A DNA stretch of 64,000 nucleotides from Eledone cirrhosa. Its lineage: Eukaryota. Each line of letters begins with the position of its first letter. Positions within the stretch are counted from its first letter, which is position 1. Below, piece by piece: positions 14,451-26,797 of the stretch. The stretch is from contig CAXHJY010001211.1 of NCBI GenBank assembly GCA_964016885.1, positions 1-64,000 on the forward strand. Direction: 5' to 3'. The notes below the pieces were generated by a model. That model saw nothing but the letters and a program-made list of their open reading frames with translations. It was not told the DNA's origin and did no database searches. A program made the position numbers and the translations under genes.

Positions 14451-14630
14451 AGGGCAGAGTCGGTACAGCGTCTGATATGTCTTGCAGTACAACTTTCTAT
14501 GTTCTCAGTTTAAATCCCACCGAAATCAAATTTACCTCTTGTCCTTCAGAGGTCGATAAAATAAAGTACCAGTTAAATAATGAGGTCGATATAATCGACT
14601 TTCCCCTAGTCCAAATCGCTAACCTTGAAT
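14451..14630 (+). mobile_element. tRNA-derived SINE copy (octopus-type)
   Basis: A-box-like GGCAGAGTCGGT, degenerate B box AGTTTAAATCCC, shared tail GGTCGATAAAATAAAGTACCAGT. Confidence 0.75.
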
Positions 14631-14924
14631 TATACTTTGTTAATGCTTCCCGAGCAAGTGAGGGAGCCAAATTGGGGTTACTCGAAATGGTAGAAATAGT
14701 AACCAAATCTCTCTCAAATCTTATACAACAATCTTTTAAAATGGAAAGACATTGGATGATAGGAATATATGTATAGACCCGTAACCTCTGACGGAGTCAT
14801 GAGGAGCCTTGGTGACATTTTAAACTTGAAGGAGTTCTTTAGCTCCGAACATTGCCGACTTTTTCCAGAGAAGAGTGAGTGAGAGAGAGAAAAAATAAGA
14901 GATATAGAGGAAGAATTGATCCCA

Positions 14925-15045
14925 ATACTAGATGGCCCCTCTTTTATCGACTTCAGTACCAGATTGGTACTGATGTGTCATCGACCTGGAAGGGATGAAG
15001 ATAAAGTTGACCCGACTGGTTTTGAACTCAGAGCGCAGTGAATCG
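14925..15045 (-). mobile_element. SINE fragment, same family, reverse orientation
   Basis: TTTTATCGAC...AAAGTTGACC...TTTGAACTCAGA is the reverse complement of the SINE B-box/tail. Confidence 0.6.
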
Positions 15046-15640
15046 GGACATTGGATAATATAGTCTGAAATATATTGTGAAAATACGGGATGGTCAAGGC
15101 TGGAATGTCTTTGAACATCGGTCTACTGATCCTGACTGACAGTTGCTAAACATCACCAAAAACTACATTTAAGATAATTCATCAGATAAAATACAAAGTG
15201 TGTTTTATAAATGTTTACATAGCCAAGGAACATACCTTATCAGTTGAAGTATTCCTTGGATAGTGGATCTTTAAATTCAGTTTCACTGCAACGATAACTG
15301 AAACATGTTTAATCCCAAGGCCTAGCCTTCAACAAGCAGACTGTTGGTTTGAAGACGTCTCAGATGTGACCATCCTGCCTTTTTTAATAATATATATATA
15401 GTAATAATAATAAATGTGAAGACTAAAATCCAAAGAGGGCTCGATAAGGATAAATATATATCAAATATATAAGAACCCAAGAGCAAATATTTATTAAAAT
15501 AACAGATTAAAGTTTAAGCAAAGAATCGCATTAGTAAAGTATATACAAAATTTAATATAGAAATAGCTTCTACCGGACGATAACTGTTTCATTCGGAGGA
15601 AATCATCTGTATGTATGTATATATATATATATATATATAT

Positions 15641-16150
15641 TAACCCAGTACAACCTGTCGCATGGTCGGGTCGTCGGCGTCTAAACCGGCAACCCCACCA
15701 AGTTTATTTGGTGAGGAGGGTGATTTTGGACACCCTGCAGGATAAAAAACAAAACCTAACAAAGAGCGGAAGAACTCATTAGAGTCAACGGCCATCCAAA
15801 AGTGTGTAAATATGTATATACACATGTATATATGTATGTATATGTGTATATATATGGGTGCATGTGTATGTATATGCACGGGGACATAGAAATAGTCGAC
15901 CTGGACACCCGATCGCGCGGTTAAACCACTAGGAGTGAAGGACCCTTAGCCTTTGTCAGGGCATTCTTCTAGGAGAAGGCAACTCAAGAAACTGGGATAA
16001 CTCCGATATAAAACCTGCGGCTCAGTAGTTACCGATGATGTTGATCTTTTCTTCTTTTTGTATTATAGCTAGTGTCGCTCAGAGTGGGATTGGCTCAGTG
16101 CACAGTCTTTCCTCACTTAAAAAAAAAATCTTCACGCGCAGGCATTGCAC
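15641..16150 (+). mobile_element. RTE-5'UTR-like dispersed repeat, interrupted by a TA/TG microsatellite
   Basis: Homologous to 30352-30966: CCCAGTACAACCTGTC...GGCAACCCCACCAAG...AGAGTCAACGGCCATCC and CTAGGAGAAGGCAACTC. Confidence 0.7.
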
Positions 16151-17539
16151 GATAGAATTAATTAATAATTATTAATAATGGTATATCGTACAATGGCCAT
16201 ACTCGATAACGGGTATGTGTTCTCTTCCTAGAAGGTTGATCATCTTCGAAGAGGATTCTTGGTTAGCTCCTATGACATTCTTTCAGACAGAAGACTTTTA
16301 AAAGTGTTTCCATCAAATCGCACCATCAGCTCTTATTTCCTTTAAAGGTTTTAAACTGTGATTTAAGGGAAATTTTGTTGCTATTTCCACAGACAGACAG
16401 TCAGATAAGGATAGCTAGATACACAGACAAACACAGATACAGATAGTCCCTAGTTGACTTGATAAGGAATAGGTGTTGTACTTGGAATATTTCTAAGAAA
16501 GGGTCTCACATATAAAACTTTTTACTTTGAAACATTATCAAATATAAAATGTTCACACAATAGGCGGCAGATATAATACAGATCACAACACATACCAAAC
16601 AATAAATGTTTCAGTAAAAAAGTATGAAATCTTATTCCAAAAACAACTTAAATAAAATTGATGTTTGTTGAGATATTTTCAAAATAGTTATGAGTTCATA
16701 TTTAGAATCTGTTAGAACGGTAAAAATGATTGGAAGTAGTGGTATGATAGATTACATTTCCACTGCTATTTCTATCTTTAATTTTCAGGTAGTTTAGTTA
16801 TTTTTACCCTTATTTGTTTAATTTATTTGTTTATTCGCTAATTCAATCTATTTCAACTGACGCTGAGAGCTAAACACTTCTGTTAAGATATTGATCTGCT
16901 GTTAATTATTGAATTCTTGGATATAGCTTATTAACTTTGTGATATTTAGCTCTAGCCAAGATCTATGAACAAAGGTAAACTAGAGGTGACCATGTCAAGT
17001 TTTGTATATCAAAGTTTCCTTCTGTATTTATGAATGCGGTACGATGTGAAGGGGATTTAGCTGTTGTTTCTAGTAGTTGGATCAATGGTGTTGATGCAAT
17101 GATGAAGAAATCTTTAAGTGTTTGTGGTGAGTTACAAGTGGAAAAGAACTTGTAGAATCATATTTGTATCGAGAAAAATAATGAACATTTAATTTTTAAA
17201 ATCCTTATATTACTGTTGAAGGATTAAACGATTATCTAGTTTAGAGACTCCGTCACCGGATGATTTCAAATAGGAATGTGTGGGAAATTTAACACCGCGG
17301 TCAACTTTGCCTTTTATATTTTCGGGATCGATAAAATACAAGCTCTAAGTAGGGACCCCTAAAATCTGATGGGAGTCGTAGGTGCAGCTTGGTAACATAC
17401 AGCGTGTCTTTGGCCTTTTTAACATGGCGGAGCCTCCCCCCCCCCCCCAGCAAGAACACACCTGATTTCTTTGCTAAAGAAAGTGAGGTAGTGACAGAGC
17501 GGAAGTGAGAAAGAAATATAGAGGAAGAATCTAACCCAC

Positions 17540-17670
17540 TACTGGACTCGTACTGTTTTTATCCATCTCGAAAAGCTGGAAGGAAAAGTTGACTTGGGGA
17601 GTTTTTGATTCAGAGCTAAGAGCTGGATCATATACCGCAAAGCATGTTATCCGACGTTCTAACGTCTCTA
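17540..17670 (-). mobile_element. SINE fragment, reverse orientation
   Basis: TTTTATCC...GAAGGAAAAGTTGACTTGG...TTTGATTCAGA...TCCGACGTTCTAACG is the reverse complement of the SINE consensus. Confidence 0.55.
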
Positions 17671-19387
17671 TTATGACCTTGTGTCAATGTCACAACTGAA
17701 CATTGTTTTAAAATCTGTAATTGAAACCATGTTTAGTTCAGTGGAGTTTGATATACATAAAGCAGTGAGCTCAGAAGAATGTTTAATCAACTGAAATGTT
17801 CCTCCACGGTGAGAAGAAGAATCCATTGACGTGAATAACAGGAGAGGTAAGGGTGAACACTGAAATTTAAGTTGATTAAATATTAAACCATCTAGTGGCT
17901 TATGAGCCTGGCTTTGGTAAGTACGGTGGCAACGCTTGAAATGTTTCAGTCTTAAACCTCCTCAGCGACGTTAGGTTGAATTTGAGAAAATATAGTTTCT
18001 TTTCGCTAAAATTATACCCGGATTAAACAATTCAAAATGATGACTGGGGACATTTTTCCAGTGATACCTTCTGTGTGAAGAGAATGCAGGTATGTTTGTA
18101 CCAACATATTTAATATGAGTTCCATATAGTCTTGTAGGGACATATCAACCAATAAATAGAAACAGAATCTAATTCATTTCTGATAAAGCAGACTAAAGGT
18201 ATTCCTCCTCTTCAACCCATGCCAATATTTTCCAGACATGTATCTAGCAATATTTGATTAGATTTCAAGACAATAGCTTTGAATTCATAGTAATTTGGCT
18301 GCTATTTCTAACATGTTTAGTAATCACAACACCTATAGTTGAACTCAACTTTTCTATTTATTATTATATTGTTGTTTAACCATGAGTCATCGCTGAGTGA
18401 ACAGGCCTATGATCGGGTTCCCACCAAGACGATTCCGACGTTTTTATCTACATGGTATAGATACAACCGCACTATTCAATGTATTAACTTTTTAAAGGCA
18501 ATACTTGGCTTTGGCATGAGATACATTTGGCTGCTATTTCTAACAGGTCTACTGAGGGCGTTGTTGTCACCTTCTTCGATGGAGTGACTTTTCACTTGTT
18601 ACACAATGAAGGAAAATGTGGAAATGTCATGTTTAAATGAAGTAAATAACAAAAGAAACAGGTTAGGTGGGAACACAACATCCTGGAGGGTTAAATAATG
18701 TTTAGCATAAAAGGTGGGGGTAGGATGTGTATAGTTGGAGGATGCGTATAGTTGGAGGATGGGAGAACTATTATGATGCTAAATATATAAATGAAAAAAG
18801 AATGAAGAAAAAAATAAAATGGCGACGATTTGAAGCCTGCTGCTTGGTGCAAAGAAAGAAACTAAGAATGGGTGGTGAAAATACCATAAATATTGCATCA
18901 AGAACTTTATTAAAACATTAACAATTTGATAATGTGTTAGCCACTGATGTATTTTAAATGAGCTTGCCTTTCTTTTCCTTATTTTAAACAGTTCTTTGTA
19001 TACATGTTGCTGTCTAATTCTATAACAAAGACTGTATTCAAATTTATTTTAGTGAAATAACTTTTACTGTTTTTTTTTTAATGAATTTACAATACACACA
19101 AACTCAAAGTAAATATGTGTTTATGTATGTATGGATGTATGGATGGATGTGTGGATGTATGGATCGATGTGTGTGGATGGATGGATGGATGTGTGTGTCT
19201 GTATGGTTGTATGGATGTGTGTATGAATGGACGGATGCGTTTGTGTATGTGTGAGTGTATGTATGCATGTATGTATGTATGTATATGTGTATGTATGTAT
19301 GTATGCCAAAGGGAGGCAAGTCAACGGCCATCCATAAGGTTTTCTTTTTTTCTTTTCTTTTTTTTGTGGAGCGAGGGACTCCTATCA

Positions 19388-19536
19388 TTAAGACACCTCT
19401 CTAGGAGAAGGTCACTCTGATATGACACCTCTCTAGAAGGTCACTCTGGTATAAGACACCTCTCTAGAAGGTCACTCTGGTATAAGACACCTCTCTAGAA
19501 GGTCACTCTGGTATAAGACACCTTTCTAGGAGAAGG
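19388..19536. repeat. 31-bp tandem repeat (GACACCTCTCTAGAAGGTCACTCTGGTATAA, ~4.5 copies)
   Basis: Direct reading; unit resembles the CTAGGAGAAGG.AACTCTG motif of the RTE-like repeat. Confidence 0.85.
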
Positions 19537-19597
19537 GTGATGCTCATGCTTAAGTATCAAGCGATGGCAATACTCGAAATCTAGTTGCAGCCATCAT

Positions 19598-19610
19598 CTA
19601 TATATCTATG

Positions 19611-19646
<36 letters not shown>

Positions 19647-19836
19647 TGTATGTATGTATGTATGTATGTATGTATGTGTATGTATGTATGTATGTATGTA
19701 TATATATGTATGTATGTATGTATATATATGTATGTATGTATGTATATATATGTATGTATGTATGTATATATATGTATGTATGTATATGTATGTATGTATA
19801 TATATATATACATACATATATATGTATGTATGTATG

Positions 19837-19867
<31 letters not shown>

Positions 19868-19880
19868 ATATATATGTATG

Positions 19881-19911
<31 letters not shown>

Positions 19912-20087
19912 ATATATATATATGTATGTATATATATATATATGTATGTATATATATATATATGTATGTATATATATATATATGTATGTATATATATATA
20001 TATGTATGTATGTATGTATATATATATATATATATGTATGTATATATATATATATATGTATGTATATATATATATATGTATGTATAT

Positions 20088-20128
<41 letters not shown>

Positions 20129-20277
20129 TATATATGTATGTATATATATATATGTATGTATATATATATATATATGTATGTATATATATATATATATGTA
20201 TGTATATATATATATATATGTATGTATATATATATATGTATGTATATATATATATATATATGTATGTATATATATAT
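19598..20277. repeat. (TA)n/(TATG)n microsatellite
   Basis: Direct reading. Confidence 0.98.
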
Positions 20278-20278
20278 G

Positions 20279-20690
20279 CCGGGAGAGATGACCCCTTAGC
20301 CTTTGTCAAGGCAGAATTCTAGGAGAAGGAAAACTCTGATATAACACCTGCAACCCTGATGGTATCCAATGATGTTGACTTGTTCTTCTTTTTGGTAAAT
20401 ATCATCTTGGTTAAGAGAGTGGGACTGGCTTTGTGCAGTGCCTTTACTCACTATAAAAGCTTCACGGCACAGGCATTGCTTTATATCTGGAGATCTCTCT
20501 GCACTTGTCGTCACATGATACCATTTGCCCAGCACTATGTGTCAATAATTGTCACAAGTGTAGTGTCTGTACCAGAGTTTTCAAGTCGCTGGCTGGACTA
20601 AAAAGTCACACACGTTCAGCGCATCTGTAGGGGTTCTCCTACATGGATATAAAGTAGTGGCCGTACTCGAAAACGAATTGGCAGCCACCA
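20279..20690 (+). mobile_element. RTE-5'UTR-like repeat, 5'-truncated copy (~410 bp)
   Basis: Closely similar direct repeat of 30553-30966; contains CTAGGAGAAGGAAAACTCTGA; flanked on both sides by TA microsatellite. Confidence 0.75.
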
Positions 20691-21830
<1,140 letters not shown>

Positions 21831-21980
21831 CAGTATTTTCCGTTGTGTTGTAATATAAATATTACACACAGTAGATTATCAGCTCACGTAGAGTTTGCTC
21901 GACGGTTCCAGTTGTAGTTCCAAAAGTAATCCGGAGAAAAATAGAAAGATTTGAATGGATACAGTTTAGTTGAAAGGAAT

Positions 21981-22097
21981 TTATTGACACGTGTTTCTAT
22001 AACAGTTACATAACCTAAAACAGCTATCTACAAACTTTTAGTTATGCAGACATTCAATATTTCAATGTTATTATTTACTGTCATTTCATCAGAATAA
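21981..22097 (-). ncRNA. Type I hammerhead ribozyme motif in the 3' pLTR of copy 1
   Basis: Reverse complement of 30071-30187: UUAUU-CUGAUGA-[stem II]-GAAA-C-ACGU-G-UC-AAUAA. Confidence 0.85.
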
Positions 22098-22679
22098 TAT
22101 TACTGAGGACCTATTTAGTTTTTATAGAGAATATTAGGAGGGAGGGGTGAAGTTGTTAGAAGAATAGTTGAAGGAGTGGTTTTTCGATAGCAGTGAGAAT
22201 TCTTGGTGGCAGTGAGTAATTAGATTCCCATCTGTTGTTTTGACATTTTTTATGGAATATATTATTGGTTATTTTTCTAAATCTATAGAAGGATTAGAGA
22301 TAGTAAAGATATGCGTGGTTGGTTTTGTGTTTGCACTTAACATTCAGACTTAAATTTTTCTTTCAAGTGTACGTATTCTTTCACCCACGCATTCACACAA
22401 ATATATTTGCACACCTCTACAAAATACATATACTCACAATTCACATATTCATACTTACATATATATACACATGCATACACATATATATACACACATGTAT
22501 TCATGTACATACATACGCGCTCATGTGTATACATTTTCATACTCAACTTATCTTTATATATACACACGTATAGACACACACATATATACATACATACTCT
22601 AGTCCATGTGTACACACATACGCATACATACACATCCACATACACATACATACATACACATATATATATATATATACAT

Positions 22680-22750
<71 letters not shown>

Positions 22751-23069
22751 CCCACACACACACATATACACATACACACATATATATATATATATATATA
22801 AGCACTTTAATACATGAATACACTTACATCTAACTATACACATCAAACATATATATATATTTACTTATTTATATACATTTTCACATATATATACATACTT
22901 ATGGACGTTTTTAGACACATTCATTATCGCATATTTGTACCTATTCTCATCAGCATATCTTTTCATTATTAGTATGGTAATTTAAGGTTATTAATATATG
23001 TTGAGAAGAGATTGTTTTTATATTTTTCTAACTAGATTAAGGTTTATATAGTTGGGGGATGTCCCTCTT

Positions 23070-25391
23070 TTATGTAATATTCGGCTTGTAGTGGGAAAAA
23101 AGGGTTTTAGTTCTGTGACGGCAGAATAATGTTCGTTCAATTCTGTTATTCAGCAGTTTCTTCTTGTGTGTGATTATGTAATAAATCTCAAGATTACACA
23201 ATTTGCAGAAATTTTGGCTCCTGGAAAAGCTTTGGGTTTTAGCTAATTTTTCCCATTTTAGGGTAAACTTTTGATTGCTATCCCTGAGCGTCCAAGCTTT
23301 TTCTGCTAAAGTTGTTACATTTCTTTGGCTCTGGTGTTTTATTGAGTAAGAATGCCTATACAATCGAGATTTAAACGATGTTGCCGTTGATCCCACGTAA
23401 TACTACTCGTTGCCTCCGGATTTAATGGTACACTTATAAATAATATTTTTTTCCAGGCAGTTATTGCCGAGGGGGCAGTTGTCAGGATAGGTGCAGTTAC
23501 AGTTGTGTACGTTGGGTTTTCTCTGGAGTAGTATTGCGGACGAACTTAGGTGTGGTTTATTTATGTTCTGTAGTGTATTGTCTACTGTTTTTTGGGGGTT
23601 CTTTGTACTTAAGTTCTTAGTGTTTTCGTTTAACCTTCTAGTATTGATCTTTTTTATGTGTTGTTCAAGGTTTAACGCTGTAGAGTATGACAGTCTTATA
23701 GTGGTAGGGTTTAGGATTTTGTGGTATTTGTGTGATGTGGGAAAATGTCTTTTAATTATTTTAAAGAAGAGTACTGGTAAATTTGTACTAATGGAGCTAT
23801 TGTATTCGGGGTTATACCATAAGTACTCTTTGCATCGCTTTCTATTAGTTTTGTTTGTTGGTTTACTGGTGTGCATACTATGGTAGTAAGTGTGGTTTGG
23901 TGTTGTGTTATTATATCTACCTATGTGGGATTTATTTTGGGTGTTTTGATTGTTCCCATCTATGTACTCTATTTTGTTGAGGTAGCCTGCTTTACTAAGG
24001 GCGTTATCGTAGTACTCGGCGTGTTCCTTAAATACTTGTATGTTAGAAGATAGACCCGAGATTCTAAGGGAAATATTTTTAGGGATAGATTTAATTATAG
24101 AGATGGGGTGGTTAGACCCAACATTTACGTATTTGAGATTTTCATTCAATTTATGAAACGGTTTAATCAAACCAGAGTTTAAATTGAGTGTGACATCCAG
24201 GAAGTTAACTACTTTAAGGTTGTATTCATATGTTATAGTTAGTCCTATTTCGAGTAGTAGTTTTCTTATATCTTTGCGTAGTTTTTCTAGTTTTTGGTTA
24301 TTAAGGTTTTTAGCTAGGAGGAGAACATCGTCGCGGTATATTCCGCCGTGGAGATTGCTGAATTTTTCCTGGAGTCTAAAGGCGATAAATAACCCCACAA
24401 TATCAGTTATTTCCGCCGAATCGTTAGAGCCCATTGTTATGTCAAAGTTAGAGGGTCTATCTTTACGTACCCAATAACTGTTCTCAAATTTGACTATAGT
24501 TTTCCTAGCTTCTAATATAATCTTAATTTCATCGTTTGTAAGGTCAGAGTTATCCTTAGCAAACTTAATGGCTCTATTCAAAGTTTCAGGTGATATCGAT
24601 GAGTAATATTCATCGATATCAAACTGGATAAACTTAGATTTATTCTTATTGCTAATGCTATTAAACCATCTTATTGCTTCTTGGGTCTTCCCCCAGAGTT
24701 TAATGTTAACCTTAGCCTTAATTTGGGGGATGATTCTATCTAAGATATATTTGCTTATTTTACCTATATCTGATTTAGAGGGGCAGATTAATCTTATTTT
24801 AGGGTCATTATCAAAGTTTACCTTGTGGTCCTTAAGATTGAAGGTGGGTACCGCCGGTAAGAGTGGTCCTGTCCTATCTTCGATTCCGAGATTTTTCACT
24901 ATTTCGCATGCCTCATCATTGATGTGCTTAAGGGTTACTTCACTCGTTTTTCTATATTTTTTATGTAATTCTTTTCGAATGAAGTTGTTGTATGTAGTGC
25001 AATCCATAGTGTACAGGTTTGATGTTTTGTCCGCTTTTACTACAATTCCTTTGGTGTTTTTAAGGTCGTCCAGTAGTTTTTTTATATCTTTCTGTAATTT
25101 GCTGTTGGTGTTGCGTCCTTTGAATTTAATTTTAAGGATTAAGTTCATAAGGTCCTGCTCAAATGCATCTAATAGTGGGTTGGTGGGTGGGTTTTTACAA
25201 GTCCTAAAACCGAATTTGTTGTTTACACCACTTTCTAATGTTGAGTTCATACGGCTTCTATCATAGTGGAGCGTTTTCCACCTGACACGTCGAATGAATT
25301 CATTAGTTTTTTGAATCATGCTCAATAAATATTCCTTTCTACCTTGGGTTGGTATGTTTTTGAGTGACATATCCAGGTAGTGTTTTTCCAT
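23070..25391 (-). pseudogene. Penelope-like RT + GIY-YIG endonuclease ORF (773 codons) with one premature TAG at 23403-23405
   Basis: RT motifs KADK, QFDIDEYY, MGS, YRDD, NFLDVTL; CNC-x5-CPL-x3-C linker; IIY..YYVG, R.Y.H, CKLC.LE, LLN, CRH. The 662-aa and 108-aa ORFs are in frame; copy 2 has TGG at this codon. Confidence 0.93.
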
Positions 25392-25595
25392 TGTTGTGGT
25401 TGCGTTTGCTGTGTGGGTTGCTCGACTTTACAGGAGGTAAATATACAGTATTTTCCGTTGTGTTGTAATATAAATATTACACACAGTAGATTATCAGCTC
25501 ACGTAGAGTTTGCTCGACGGTTCCAGTTGTAGTTCCAAAAGTAATCCGGAGAAAAATAGAAAGATTTGAATGGATACAGTTTAGTTGAAAGGAAT

Positions 25596-25712
25596 TTATT
25601 GACACGTGTTTCTATAACAGTTACATAACCTAAAACAGCTATCTACAAACTTTTAGTTATGCAGACATTCAATATTTCAATGTTATTATTTACTGTCATT
25701 TCATCAGAATAA
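25596..25712 (-). ncRNA. Type I hammerhead ribozyme motif in the 5' pLTR of copy 1
   Basis: Same 117-nt motif, 3615 nt from the 3' copy. Confidence 0.85.
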
Positions 25713-26292
25713 TATTACTGAGGACCTATTTAGTTTTTATAGAGAATATTAGGAGGGAGGGGTGAAGTTGTTAGAAGAATAGTTGAAGGAGTGGTTTTTC
25801 GATAGCAGTGAGAATTCTTGGTGGCAGTGAGTAATTAGATTCCCATCTGTTGTTTTGACATTTTTTATGGAATATATTATTGGTTATTTTTCTAAATCTA
25901 TAGAAGGATTAGAGATAGTAAAGATATGCGTGGTTGGTTTTGTGTTTGCACTTAACATTCAGACTTAACTTTTTCTTTCAAGTGTACGTATTCTTTCACC
26001 CACGCATTCACACAAATATATTTGCACACCTCTACAAAATACATATACTCACAATTCACATATTCATACTTACATATATATACACATGCATACACATATA
26101 TATACACACATGTATTCATGTACATACATACGCGCTCATGTGTATACATTTTCATACTCAACTTATCTTTATATATACACACGTATAGACACACACATAT
26201 ATACATACATACTCTAGTCCATGTGTACACACATACGCATACATACACATACACATACATACATACACATATATATATATATATATATACAT

Positions 26293-26353
<61 letters not shown>

Positions 26354-26797
26354 CCCACACACACACATATACACATACACACATATATATATATATATAT
26401 AAGCACTTTAATACATGAATACACTTACATCTAACTATACACATCAAACATATATATATATTTACTTATTTATATACATTTTCACATATATATACATACT
26501 TATGGACGTTTTTAGACACATTCATTATCGCATATTTGTACCTATTCTCATCAGCATAGGTTATGTAACTGTTATAGAAACACGTGTCAATAAATTCCTT
26601 TCAACTAAACTGTATCCATTCAAATCTTTCTATTTTTCTCCGGATTACTTTTGGAACTACAACTGGAACCGTCGAGCAAACTCTACGTGAGCTGATAATC
26701 TACTGTGTGTAATATTTATATTACAACACAACGGAAAATACTGTATATTTACCTCCTGTAAAGTCGAGCAACCCACACAGCAAACGCAACCACAACA

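Noticed and set aside
23403-23405. Selenocysteine or programmed read-through at the in-frame stop
   Set aside because: The codon is TAG, not TGA, and it replaces Trp (TGG in copy 2), not a conserved Cys
24649-25266. Antisense ORFs (205, 131, 97 aa) inside the RT gene and their mirror copies
   Set aside because: Shadow frames of the A-rich RT ORF; no recognisable motifs
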